Assembly (NCBI GenBank): GCA_034505235.1
Contig: JAPDQY010000002.1
Coordinates: 14,742 to 78,741, forward strand
Length of the DNA stretch: 64,000 nucleotides
Direction of reading: 5' to 3'
Origin: Candidatus Coneutiohabitans thermophilus
GTDB lineage: Bacteria > Zhuqueibacterota > Zhuqueibacteria > Zhuqueibacterales > Zhuqueibacteraceae
Made by a program: the position numbers and the translations under genes
The notes under the pieces: generated by a model
What the model was told of the DNA's origin: nothing
The model's input: the letters and a program-made list of their open reading frames with translations, nothing else
The model's database searches: none
Shown here: positions 9,636-19,332 of the stretch, one piece after another
How the letters are laid out: every line of letters starts with the position of its first letter
Numbering within the stretch: the first letter of the stretch is position 1

Positions 9636-11636
9636 TCACGGCACCGCCGGTCCGCTGGTGGCGCCTTTCACATATTTTTCAAACCACTCGAGGTTGCGCT
9701 TGATGGAAAAGAGCTGATGGTTGACCTCGCGAAAGCCGTGCGCTTCGCGCGGATAGATGTCGAACTCCACCGTCTTGCCCAGCATCTTGAGCGCGGTGTA
9801 AATTTCCCGGCCCTGCGAGATCGGCACGCGATCATCCCGGTCACCATGCGAGATGAGCAAAGCCGTTTTCGACTTTTGCACGTGCGCCATGGGCGAGGCC
9901 AGCCACGCCTTTTCCATGTTCTCCCACACCGACAGATTCCAATGCACCATCGAATTTTCATGGGGAATGTCGGAGGTGCCCGTGAAGGAAATCCAGTTGG
10001 CAATGCCCGCGCCCATGGAGGCGGCCCTGAAATGCTCGCTGTAGCGCGTCGCGGCCAGCGCGGAGAAATAGCCACCGTAGGAAAAACCGCCGATGCCGAC
10101 GCGGCTCAAATCAATCAACCCCTGGCGCTCGAGATGCGCCAGACCATCAAGCACGTCTTCGAATTCGCGGCCGCCGAGGTCCTTGTGGTCCGCTTTGGCA
10201 TAAGCCACGCCACGCCCGGTGCTGCCGCGATAGTTCGGGCTGAACACCACGAATCCGTTGGCCGCCAGCAGCTCGCCCCATTGCACATAGTTGGTGCTCC
10301 AGCCGTCCAAGTAGGCGCTTTCCGGACCGCCGTGAATCTGCACGATGCAGGGATAGCGCTTGCCCTTCTCGTAGTTCAACGGCAGCATCAGCAGGCCGGT
10401 GATTTCCAAACCGTCGCGCGCGCTCCAGGAAATTTCTTCGCTACCGGCGAGTTGCACACCGGCCAATTCGGGATTGCTGTTGCTCAAGCGCGTGAGCTTG
10501 CCGGTGGCCAGGCTGCCGCTGAAAGCCTCATTGGGGTGAAGATCGGTATTGGCCACCAGTGCGAACGTTTTGCCGTCCTTCGCCAGCGAGGCCGAACTGA
10601 AGGTGAAGCCGCTGCTGATCACTGCCGTCATTTTGCCGCCCTGCGCCGGCATGGTTTTCAACACCGTGTGGCTGCGCTCGACCGCGGTGAAAGCCAGCGT
10701 CGTGGCGTTGATCCATTCGACCCAGGTTACCGTGCCCTCATAGTTTTCGGTGAGGTTCGTCGCGGCGCCACCGGTGGCGGCGACGACAAAGATGCTGCCG
10801 TTGGTGGGATCGCTTTCATCAACGCCTGCCAGAAAGGCAAGGTGCCGGCCGTCCGGCGACCAGGACATGTGGCCGAGTTTGCCCCTGGTTTCGGTGAGCA
10901 GTTTGAGCTCGCCCCCGCTGCGGCTGACGGTGTAGAGCTTCTTGAACATGTAGGAGTCATCGGTTTTGGGGGTGGCACTCGCTTGCACGACCAGCCGGCC
11001 GGCATCCGGCGACCAGGCAAAACTCCACACCGCGATTTCGCCGGTCAGCGCTTTGGCCTCGCCGCCCGCCACCGCCTGCACATACAGGCGGGGAAATTTG
11101 AACTGCTGGTCGACGGTGCGAACGTCCCTGCCAATCTTCGCATTTTGCTTGTCGCCGGCAGTCTCGGGATCGGTCATGAGGTAGGCGAGCCACTGGCCGT
11201 CAGGCGAGAGAAGAAAGGAGGTGATGTCATTGGCCGCGCTGGCCACCAGGCGGGCTTCGCCGCCATCGAGCGCGATGCGATAAATCGCGTTGCGCTCACT
11301 CTGTTCCTCGCGTTGCGCGGTGAAGTAGATCCACCCGCCATCCGGCGACCACTGCGGCGAGCTGACGCCCTGCGGCTTATAGGTGTACTGTCGTGCCGCA
11401 CCACCGGCGGCGGGAACGACAAACAACTCGCTGTAGCGGCCGCCTTTTTCCTCCTCCAGGCCGCGTGCGGAGGTGAGCACATAGGCGACATTTTTGCCGG
11501 ACGGATCGATCTCCGCGGCGCTCACGATCTTGAGATTCACCACCATCTCCGGTGTCAGGCGGTTTTGCGCCAGCAGGCTCACAGCAGCCAGCAAGAGCAA
11601 GATTGCCATGGCACTCATTCTGTTGCGTACCAACAT
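9636..11636 (-). CDS. S9 family peptidase (dipeptidyl/acylaminoacyl peptidase), exported
   Basis: WD40/PD40-like propeller repeats (WSPDG), IHGGP, NYRGSTGRG, catalytic GFSYGG (Ser), HGDRDDRV (Asp), EAHG (His); AAGGAG RBS before ATG 11636. Confidence 0.9.
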   Translation of the reverse strand: MLVRNRMSAMAILLLLAAVSLLAQNRLTPEMVVNLKIVSAAEIDPSGKNVAYVLTSARGLEEEKGGRYSELFVVPAAGGAARQYTYKPQGVSSPQWSPDGGWIYFTAQREEQSERNAIYRIALDGGEARLVASAANDITSFLLSPDGQWLAYLMTDPETAGDKQNAKIGRDVRTVDQQFKFPRLYVQAVAGGEAKALTGEIAVWSFAWSPDAGRLVVQASATPKTDDSYMFKKLYTVSRSGGELKLLTETRGKLGHMSWSPDGRHLAFLAGVDESDPTNGSIFVVAATGGAATNLTENYEGTVTWVEWINATTLAFTAVERSHTVLKTMPAQGGKMTAVISSGFTFSSASLAKDGKTFALVANTDLHPNEAFSGSLATGKLTRLSNSNPELAGVQLAGSEEISWSARDGLEITGLLMLPLNYEKGKRYPCIVQIHGGPESAYLDGWSTNYVQWGELLAANGFVVFSPNYRGSTGRGVAYAKADHKDLGGREFEDVLDGLAHLERQGLIDLSRVGIGGFSYGGYFSALAATRYSEHFRAASMGAGIANWISFTGTSDIPHENSMVHWNLSVWENMEKAWLASPMAHVQKSKTALLISHGDRDDRVPISQGREIYTALKMLGKTVEFDIYPREAHGFREVNHQLFSIKRNLEWFEKYVKGATSGPAVP

Positions 11637-11782
11637 GGCCCTTCTCCTTGCATTGAACATGAGTTTTTCCTGAAAATGCCAACAGGAATTCCGGGATTGT
11701 TCAACGGCAGCGCTTCCCGCATCGCTTGCGCAACAGCGGCTGCCGCAGTTTCACGCATGTGGAGTGGCAGGAGGGCTCCTCG

Positions 11783-13048
11783 TCACTCCCGGCGGTAAAT
11801 CCTGCCGTCTTTCATCACCAAAATCACTTCCCGCAGCTTGCGAACATCGCCCAGGGGATCCCCTCGGACAGCAATGAGGTCGGCGAGTTTGCCGGGCGAC
11901 AATTCCCCGATTTGCTCCGCCATGCCGAGCAGCCTGGCGGCATTGATGGTCGCGGCTTGCAGCGCCGCTGCCGGGGACATGCCATACTGCACCATGAGTT
12001 CGATTTCCCTGGCATTCCCGCCGTGCGCAAACACGCCCACATCGCTGCCGCAGACGATGGTCACACCGAGTTGCAACGCCCGCTGGAACATCGCCTTTTG
12101 CCCGGCGACGCGGCGCTGCCGCTCCTCCCGTTCAGGCGGCGCGGCATAGCCGGCAATCGCCTCCACCGCCGCCAAAGTCGGACAAAGGGCGACCTGGTGT
12201 TCGCGCATCAGCTTCAAGCTCTCTTCGTCGGCCTGGCTGCCGTGTTCGATGCTTTTCACGCCGGCGAGCACGGCGCGGCGGATGCCTTCCGGGGTGTTGG
12301 CGTGCGCGGCCACGGCATGTCCCGTTGCCGCGGCCTCTTCGACTGCCGCCCGCAATTCTTCGCGCGTGAAGGTGGGCGCGTTCACGCCGCCGTGGGGATA
12401 ATCGGCGTAGACCTTGATCCAGTCCGCGCCGTGCCCGATTTGGCGGCGCACCACGCGCCGCACGCCGTCAACGCCATCGGCGATTTCCGCGCCCTGCGGC
12501 ACTTCCCAGCGCGGATCGAATCCCGCCGGACCATAACCGCCGGTGATGACGATCGCCGCGGTGGCCACCAGCAGGCGCGGGCCGGGAATGAGGCCCTGGT
12601 TGATGGCATCCCGGATGCCGAGATCGGCGTATGCCGCACCTTCGGTGCCGAGATCGCGCAGGGTGGTGAATCCCGCCAGCAGCGTTTTTTCCGCGTGCAC
12701 CACGGCGCGCACGGTGCGCAGGCTGAGGGATTCTTTGAGCACTTGATCATTCCACGAGGTCTCGTTGTAGGGGTGAAGGAAAAGATGGCTGTGGGCGTCG
12801 ATCAAGCCGGGCAGGAGCGTGGCCTCCCCGAGATCGAGGCGCTTGCAGTTGGCCGGCAGCGCCGCCGTTTGCTCCTGCACCGCGAGAATGCGATTACCCT
12901 GCACCAGCACCACGCGCTGCGGCAGCAGTTTGCCGTTGTGCGCATCGAACAGGCGCGCGGCACTGAGCGCCAGCACCGGCGCTGCCTCTTGTGCCGTGAT
13001 GACTGCGGCGTTCAGACACAAAAGCAAAACGATGATTGAAAAACGCAT
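11783..13048 (-). CDS. Metal-dependent amidohydrolase (prolidase-like subgroup), exported
   Basis: PGLIDAHSH, GFTTLRDLG, GADWIKVY, AAHA, SIEHG, GSDVG, GKLADLIAV; signal peptide. Confidence 0.88.
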   Translation of the reverse strand: MRFSIIVLLLCLNAAVITAQEAAPVLALSAARLFDAHNGKLLPQRVVLVQGNRILAVQEQTAALPANCKRLDLGEATLLPGLIDAHSHLFLHPYNETSWNDQVLKESLSLRTVRAVVHAEKTLLAGFTTLRDLGTEGAAYADLGIRDAINQGLIPGPRLLVATAAIVITGGYGPAGFDPRWEVPQGAEIADGVDGVRRVVRRQIGHGADWIKVYADYPHGGVNAPTFTREELRAAVEEAAATGHAVAAHANTPEGIRRAVLAGVKSIEHGSQADEESLKLMREHQVALCPTLAAVEAIAGYAAPPEREERQRRVAGQKAMFQRALQLGVTIVCGSDVGVFAHGGNAREIELMVQYGMSPAAALQAATINAARLLGMAEQIGELSPGKLADLIAVRGDPLGDVRKLREVILVMKDGRIYRRE

Positions 13049-13078
13049 GACGGCCCCTTTGGGAATAATCAACCCGCT

Positions 13079-14497
13079 TCAGAAACGCGTGATCAGCGTC
13101 AGCTCCACGCCCTCCAGCTCGGGCTTGATGACACACACGCCACCGACGCAGATTTTGCCCTTGCGCCGCGAGCCGGCAACCAGCGACAGATCGCAGTTCT
13201 TCCAGAAATTCACATCGAGTTGCAGCGCCAGCCAGAGCCTGCGACGCAAATCCTGCTCGGTGGTGCGCTCACCGAGCAGGGCGATCGCCCAGTCGGGCGC
13301 ATGACTCAGGCCGAGCGTCACCGCCTGGCTGTAAAATTGCTGATCGTTCAACAGCCGGCGCGTGTGCTGATGCTCGACTACCGCCTTCAGGGCGTGGAAA
13401 TCCGAAACCGCGATGGTGGCGCTGCCGGCGAGATTGAGATGGCGCGCCGCGGCGTCCTGCTGGCGGCCGGCCGCGCCGAACAATTCCCAGGCGGAGGGCG
13501 TGTGCCACTCGAACTGGCCGTAGAATTCCTCATACAGTCGCTCGCGCCGGTGATTTGCGGTCCGGCTGTAGTGCGCGGTGAGCACACCATCCATGATCAC
13601 CGGCCACGCCGCTTCGACGGCATACCCGGTCTCGTCATTGGCGTTTTGCACGAGCTGATGGCGGTTGAGCAGGGTGTAGAGATGCTCGCGCGCGACCAGC
13701 GGGGGATTGTTGAAATAGGCGCCCTCGAATTGCTCGAAGCGATCATAGTCCTTGTATTCCGCGGTCAGGCTGAGGGCGCCCAGCAGCGCGGTGGCGTTGA
13801 GATAAAGCGCCGCGCCCGGCTCGCTTTCGTTGCGATTGTCTTCCCGGGCGTATTCGAGATAAAAGCCGCCGCGCGCCAGATTGATTTCGGAAAACAGCGA
13901 GCCCCAGCTCACGCGCCGCCCGTTTGCGGGCCGGGTGGTGACACCCGTCATGCCGACATGCACCTGCGGCAGTGGTTTCAGACGGCATTCCCCGGCATGA
14001 AAAAGTTTCTGCCGTTCATTCTCGCGATTGATCGGCTGGCCGGTGAGCAGGGTGAGGTCGAAGTTTTTGCGGCGCCAGGCAAGCGTGAGGCCATCCAGAC
14101 GGGTGTCGTAGCGCAATTGCCGGTTCTCGAAGAAGCGCAGCGTCAGGCCGCGGCCCAGCAGGGCATAATTGTGGCCGGCGCGGATGGTCAACGTGCCGCT
14201 GTCATACTCCAAAAAACGCTGGCCGAATTCGGCGCGGCGGATGGATTGATCAGGTGCGTAGATTTGCGGCGCATTGTGCATTTCCAGCCGCAGCCCCAGG
14301 CGAAACCGGCGATAGCGCAGGTTGCCTTCCATCCAATTCTCAAAGAAATCGCGGCGGCCGCGCGATTGCAGCCTGACATCAGCGCTGGCATTGCGGGCAT
14401 ATTCAAGCTGATTGTTGCCGGAAATTTCAAGCTGCGCCCGCGCCGCCGCTGCGGGCAGGAGGGAGAGCAGAATCAGGCAGGTGATGATCAAATGCAC
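13079..14497 (-). CDS. Outer-membrane beta-barrel protein, DUF6029-like
   Basis: Signal peptide, alternating beta-strand pattern, YALLGRGLTLR, YKDY..NNPP motif, C-terminal GKICVGGVC and terminal Phe. Family assignment is from remembered motifs. Confidence 0.6.
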   Translation of the reverse strand: MHLIITCLILLSLLPAAAARAQLEISGNNQLEYARNASADVRLQSRGRRDFFENWMEGNLRYRRFRLGLRLEMHNAPQIYAPDQSIRRAEFGQRFLEYDSGTLTIRAGHNYALLGRGLTLRFFENRQLRYDTRLDGLTLAWRRKNFDLTLLTGQPINRENERQKLFHAGECRLKPLPQVHVGMTGVTTRPANGRRVSWGSLFSEINLARGGFYLEYAREDNRNESEPGAALYLNATALLGALSLTAEYKDYDRFEQFEGAYFNNPPLVAREHLYTLLNRHQLVQNANDETGYAVEAAWPVIMDGVLTAHYSRTANHRRERLYEEFYGQFEWHTPSAWELFGAAGRQQDAAARHLNLAGSATIAVSDFHALKAVVEHQHTRRLLNDQQFYSQAVTLGLSHAPDWAIALLGERTTEQDLRRRLWLALQLDVNFWKNCDLSLVAGSRRKGKICVGGVCVIKPELEGVELTLITRF

Positions 14498-14500
14498 GGT

Positions 14501-14989
14501 TCACTCCGCTGGCAGCAGCCGGGCAATCCGTTCCGCCAGTTTTTTTTCGTCACCTTTGCGGTAGCCGGTGTGGGTGGAGACGATTTCGCCGTTCTTGTCG
14601 AGCAGCACCGACAGCGGCGGATTCGTGCCCTGATAAAGCTTGAACACCTTGTTGTCGGTGTCCAGCAGGAAATGAAACGGGTAGCGATTGCTGTGCACGA
14701 AGCTTTTGACCTTGCCGACGGTTTTGGGATCATCGATCGCAATGGCGAGGATCGTCAGTCCGCGGCCGGCGTATTGTTCGTGAATTTCCTTCAGCTTTCT
14801 CATCTCGGCGTGACAGGGCACGCACCAGGTTGCCCAAAAATTGATCAGGATCGGCCCCTTGCCGAGATGCTCGGAGAGCTTGTAGTTGCCGCCGGCGAGG
14901 TCCGGCAAGACAAAATCAGGGCCGCGTTCGGGCCGCGCCAAGCCGAGCAGCGCCAGGCTGAACACCATGATGATTCGTGCGGGCTTCAT
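14501..14989 (-). CDS. TlpA/ResA-like thiol-disulfide oxidoreductase, exported
   Basis: PDFVLPDLAG, LINFWATWCVPC, LAIAID, LLDKNGEIV; signal/anchor. Start could instead be the ATG at 15007. Confidence 0.88.
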   Translation of the reverse strand: MKPARIIMVFSLALLGLARPERGPDFVLPDLAGGNYKLSEHLGKGPILINFWATWCVPCHAEMRKLKEIHEQYAGRGLTILAIAIDDPKTVGKVKSFVHSNRYPFHFLLDTDNKVFKLYQGTNPPLSVLLDKNGEIVSTHTGYRKGDEKKLAERIARLLPAE

Positions 14990-15020
14990 GGAAATCCTTA
15001 TCTCCAAATTTGTTCGTGGT

Positions 15021-16238
15021 TCAATCCGCAGCGGACCACAGCGCCTGCAACACCTCGCCGGTCACACTGTTTTGCACAAAAGCCACCACCTGCAACACAC
15101 CGGTCCATTCTGTCTTTCGTGCAAACGCGAAGGCGAAGACCGCACTCGCGCCCGGCGCCAGGGCAACCACCCGGCCTTCGGCGTTGGGATAAAACGCGCG
15201 CATCACGTCAAAGAAGCGCTTCTGGCCGTTGGAACCGGGCGCCACTGCAAAAGCAACCTCCCGTTCGATCAAAGCGAGATGCAAAACCGCGTTTTGGCCG
15301 GCCAGATCTGCGAGCGCTTCGACACGCACTTTGCCGTTGAGGGCGCGCGCGGATTGTTGCACCTCCGCGAAGTCCTCAAAATCCAGCAGCGCGACGGGCT
15401 GCCTGTCGCTGCGGCCGGCCAGTGCGCTGCGAAAACGGACTGCGAGATTGGAGGTGCCCGCCAGCCGCCGCACACCATCCACCACCACGAAAGGCAGTGG
15501 CGGCCGGTTGTAGAAACCATAGCGGCTGAGATTGTCCGCTGGTGCCGCGAGAAACATGGGGTCCTGCCGGCCGGGGAAATCGGGATGATAGGAGATCACT
15601 GCCGCTGAATCAACGCCCTTTTCGACCAGCACGGCCTCGATGATGCGATCAGCCTCCGGGCAGGGCGCGCAATCGGTGTTGGAGAAATGTTCGACCAACG
15701 TCAATGCCGGCCGCAGCACCAGAGTTGACTTAAGCTCGGTGGTTTGATTGGTGCGAATGCGAACTGATTGGCGCACCGGTTCATATCCGCCTTTATGCAG
15801 AGTCAGCTCATGATCGCCGCTGGCCAAACCGGCGATGGTCAAAGGCGTGCGGCCAAACGGCAGGCGGTTGACTCGCACGAGCGCGCCCGCCGGCGTGGAA
15901 TTGATCTGCACTGTGCCGACGCTCGAGCTTTGCCGCAGTTCGAATTCCACGCGGGCTTCCCCGCCGGCGGTGATGTTGATGTTGTGGGAATCGGGAATCA
16001 CGCTGTGCCCGGCAAGGAAGAGATGCACGACGTGCCGCCCCGGGGCCAAATCCGTGATCAACGCGGGCGCTTCTTTTCCGGTGTCGCGATAATCGATGAA
16101 AATTCGGCCGCGGCCCACGGACGCCTGCACCACCAAGCCCCCCGTACCCGGTTCGAGTGAAACCAGTTGGCCGTCTTTGGTGGTGCAGGCAAACAGGCCG
16201 CAGCACAGCAAAAATGCGAACCGCATTGTTTTTCTCAT
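15021..16238 (-). CDS. Lipoprotein with two PEGA domains and an Omp28/thioredoxin-like CxxC domain
   Basis: Lipobox LFAC; PEGA repeats (PGRHVVHLFLAGH; INSTPAGALV..GRTP..GDHELTLHKGGYE); LVEHFSNTDCAPCP, ISYH..DP, PFVVVDG. Confidence 0.7.
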   Translation of the reverse strand: MRKTMRFAFLLCCGLFACTTKDGQLVSLEPGTGGLVVQASVGRGRIFIDYRDTGKEAPALITDLAPGRHVVHLFLAGHSVIPDSHNINITAGGEARVEFELRQSSSVGTVQINSTPAGALVRVNRLPFGRTPLTIAGLASGDHELTLHKGGYEPVRQSVRIRTNQTTELKSTLVLRPALTLVEHFSNTDCAPCPEADRIIEAVLVEKGVDSAAVISYHPDFPGRQDPMFLAAPADNLSRYGFYNRPPLPFVVVDGVRRLAGTSNLAVRFRSALAGRSDRQPVALLDFEDFAEVQQSARALNGKVRVEALADLAGQNAVLHLALIEREVAFAVAPGSNGQKRFFDVMRAFYPNAEGRVVALAPGASAVFAFAFARKTEWTGVLQVVAFVQNSVTGEVLQALWSAAD

Positions 16239-16275
16239 GCGCAGATTCAATTGGGCTGATTGCCGTGCCCGAAGC

Positions 16276-18432
16276 TCAATGCAACAGCACCATTTTGCGC
16301 GCCTCCTGCAGGTTGCCATGGCGCAGACGGTAGAAATAAACCCCGCTGCGCACCCGCTGGCCCCGGTCATCGCGGCCGTCCCAGGTCACTTGGTAGCGAC
16401 CGCCGCCCTGTTCCTGCTCGACCAGTGTGCGCACGGTTTGGCCGAGCTGGCTGATCACCACCAGCGTCGCCAGCGCGCGGGCACCGGTGGGCAGGGTGTA
16501 AACGATGCGCGTCTCCGGATTGAAGGGATTGGGATAGTTCGCCGCCAGCTCAAAGTGGTAAACCTGCCCCGCTTCTCCGGGCGCCGCAACGCCGGTGGGA
16601 AGCGCCAGCCAGGCGGCAATCTTGTCGAACAACAATTTGCGATCTTGCGCGCCGTCAATGGTCTCAAAACCAAAAGTGGTGAAAACGACGCGCCCCGTGC
16701 CGTGCGTGCCGTAGTGCACCGCGCGTATGCCGGCGAAGGCCTGGGGCATTTGGAAAAAGTTGAAAATCGCGTGGCTGTAAGGTCCCGCCGGTGTGATTTG
16801 ATTGGCGAATCTGTCCTGGTCGGGATTGACCGTGCTTGCACCCGTGCCGCCGGTGAGGAAAAGCAGCGGCAGGCTCTCCGAAATCGGATCACCGGCGATG
16901 CCTTCCACCACTGCCGGCGTGCCATTCCGTTGCACGTAGGCAGCATGCAAATACTTCGTGAGAAATTCCCGGCTGGCCGCGGAGTAATACCGACTCGTCG
17001 AATCGCCGAGTTGATAGGCGAGATCGAGACCGTTCAAATACAAGCGCCCGCCATGATCGAGATACGCCTTGAGCTGCTCCTGTTCCGCCGGCGTCAGCCC
17101 CGGCCGGGAGAGCGCGGTCATCCAGAAAATGCTCTGGAAGCTGTAGAGGTCGTCTCCCGCGGGCGGCAGCAGGCGGCTGGAGATGACGCCATACTTTTGG
17201 CCGGATTGTTCGAGGGGCGACATCATGAAAGATTCATAATTGCCCTCTTCATCATCAACGAGCAGCAGATCCAGGCCCAGAGTGGTGAAACGGAATTCCA
17301 ACTGCTCCGCAGCCACATTCGCGGAGGAGAAGCGCAGTCGTGCGAGGCCCATGCCGTTGATGGCGTTGGCGTTGACATTCACCGTCAGCGTGGCAGACTG
17401 CCCGGCTGCCAGCGTCAGGGCATCGGACTGGCCGGGAGCGAAGGTGCCATTGGGGCTGGTGAAGGAGGCCGCCCAGCCGGTCGGTCCGGCAAATTCGAGG
17501 TTGAGAGTGTAGGTGTCGGGGAGTAGGCCGCTGTTGGTCAACGTCGCCGGGAAACTGGCCGGCGCGCTGCTGGGGCCCAGCGCCTCTTTGGTGTTGGCGG
17601 CAAATTGCGCCTCGTAATCCGACAGCAGCGGCCAGCGTTGCGCCTGTTGAATTTCACTGTTGGCGGCGAGCGAGGAGCCAACCTTGTAGACTTTCACCAC
17701 CACGGTGCATTTCTCCGGGACGATGGCCGGGGTGCCGCCAGGCACGGTGTACTCCAGGGTTTGGGAAAGCGTTTGATTTTGCATCCACGTGCCATTGACG
17801 AGTTGCTGGCCGAGCGCGCCGTTCATCATCGCGCGCACGGTCCACTCATGCACGTAATTCGGCAGGCTGGTGCGGCCCGGCGTGCAGGTGTTGTTGGAAG
17901 TCTGGGGATAAACCTGCCCGTCTTCGACGAGAATGGCGTTCCAGCGGTACTCGCCGTTCAAGTTTTGCAGTGCGGTGAAATCGACGGTGGCGGTGAATTT
18001 GCGCGTGGTGCGGTCGTATTTTCGCTTCATCGTCATGCCCACCGTCGCGGGGATTGCCGCACGGTTGCTGATTTGCTGCAGCCAAATATTGCGGTTGATG
18101 ATGCCGGTGACGCGATCGACAATGCCGGTGGGGTAGGCGTTGAAGCCGAGGGCGTTGATGATAGAATTGCCGCTGAAGTTGGCAAAGGGATCGCCCGCAC
18201 CGGTGGGACCGTGATAGGCCAGCACAATGGTGTTGGGATGGCTGGCCAGGATGCTGTGCACGACATCGTCACCACACGGGCACCACTGGCACCAGGTGCC
18301 GGTGCAAAACTCGAGCACCGGGTTGCGTTGCGTCTGGCCGAGCAGCAGCGTGGGAACCCCGGACGCAAACAGCAGGGCGGCAAGGAACGCCGCCGCTGCG
18401 GCGGAAAAAGGAAACCGCGTGATGCGTTTCAT
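16276..18432 (-). CDS. Omp28/HBP35-like thioredoxin-motif surface protein with FlgD/Por-type C-terminal sorting domain
   Basis: Signal peptide; VLEFCTGTWCQWCP, LAYHG..DPF, YPTGIVDR, HEWTVR; Ig-like middle domain; LLLVDD alpha/beta domain; CTD ANYPNPFNPETRI..WDGRDDRG..SGVYFYRL..RKMVLLH. Confidence 0.72.
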   Translation of the reverse strand: MKRITRFPFSAAAAAFLAALLFASGVPTLLLGQTQRNPVLEFCTGTWCQWCPCGDDVVHSILASHPNTIVLAYHGPTGAGDPFANFSGNSIINALGFNAYPTGIVDRVTGIINRNIWLQQISNRAAIPATVGMTMKRKYDRTTRKFTATVDFTALQNLNGEYRWNAILVEDGQVYPQTSNNTCTPGRTSLPNYVHEWTVRAMMNGALGQQLVNGTWMQNQTLSQTLEYTVPGGTPAIVPEKCTVVVKVYKVGSSLAANSEIQQAQRWPLLSDYEAQFAANTKEALGPSSAPASFPATLTNSGLLPDTYTLNLEFAGPTGWAASFTSPNGTFAPGQSDALTLAAGQSATLTVNVNANAINGMGLARLRFSSANVAAEQLEFRFTTLGLDLLLVDDEEGNYESFMMSPLEQSGQKYGVISSRLLPPAGDDLYSFQSIFWMTALSRPGLTPAEQEQLKAYLDHGGRLYLNGLDLAYQLGDSTSRYYSAASREFLTKYLHAAYVQRNGTPAVVEGIAGDPISESLPLLFLTGGTGASTVNPDQDRFANQITPAGPYSHAIFNFFQMPQAFAGIRAVHYGTHGTGRVVFTTFGFETIDGAQDRKLLFDKIAAWLALPTGVAAPGEAGQVYHFELAANYPNPFNPETRIVYTLPTGARALATLVVISQLGQTVRTLVEQEQGGGRYQVTWDGRDDRGQRVRSGVYFYRLRHGNLQEARKMVLLH

Positions 18433-18498
18433 AAAGCCCCTCCACTGGAATATTAGGAGTGAGTGCAACAGCCGCCGAAATGACCGGACGGTACGAGG

Positions 18499-19260
18499 TT
18501 ACTGCAGCAACAGCATGACACGCGTTTGCCGGAATGCCCCAACGCGCAATTGGTAGAAGTAGAGTCCGCGCGGCAGAACCCGGCCGTTGTGATCGCGTCC
18601 CTGCCACGTGATTTCACGGCGTCCCGGGGCGGTCATCCCCAGGTTCAGGCGCGCCACTTCGCGGCCGAGCAGGTTGTAGACGAGCAACTCCACCGGCAGC
18701 GGCCGGCCCCCGCCAATTTCAAAGGGAATCGTCGTGGCCGTGGTGAAAGGATTGGGAAAGTTCGCCAGCAATCTGAAGTCTGCCGGGCTGCCGGGCGGCA
18801 GGTCGGTGACGACCGCCGGCTGCGTGCTGGCAGTGAAGGTCAACTCGACGAACTCGGCGGTATTCTTGATGTTTTCCACGCGAATCGGCACGGCCGCAGT
18901 GCCGGCCTGTGCGGGATCGGTGTTGAAGTTCAAATGAAATTCCGAGGTTTCCCCCGGCGCCAGTGCCGGAATGCCGAGCGCAGTATCGGGGATGGTGTAA
19001 AAATTCAGGAACGGCGGAAAACACAAATCTCCGCTGCACAGCGAAGTGCTCCAGCCCGGCGGCAGGTTGTTTGGCATGCGGACCACGCGAATCTGCAGGT
19101 CCTGCACGCCGAGGTTTTTGATGTGGCCATCGAGGATGATCAAATCCCCGGGATTGCCGCGGCGGGCCAGCGTGTCAGCGGTGAAGGAAAAGCTTTGCGG
19201 CAGCGCCGTGACCGGCAACCATCCCAGCGCTGCCGCCAACAACGGGAAGAATTTTTTCAT
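18499..19260 (-). CDS. Small secreted protein: single Ig-like domain plus FlgD/Por-type CTD
   Basis: Signal MKKFFPLLAAALG; WSTSLCSGDLCF Cys pair; CTD NFPNPFTTATTIPF..YNLLGREV..GLYFYQL..TRVMLLLQ. Confidence 0.7.
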   Translation of the reverse strand: MKKFFPLLAAALGWLPVTALPQSFSFTADTLARRGNPGDLIILDGHIKNLGVQDLQIRVVRMPNNLPPGWSTSLCSGDLCFPPFLNFYTIPDTALGIPALAPGETSEFHLNFNTDPAQAGTAAVPIRVENIKNTAEFVELTFTASTQPAVVTDLPPGSPADFRLLANFPNPFTTATTIPFEIGGGRPLPVELLVYNLLGREVARLNLGMTAPGRREITWQGRDHNGRVLPRGLYFYQLRVGAFRQTRVMLLLQ

Positions 19261-19332
19261 GTCATGCCTCCTCAACAGCATGCGCCAACAGCATGCGCCT
19301 GCGCGCGGCGGGCAACCCCCAGCACCCCGGCC

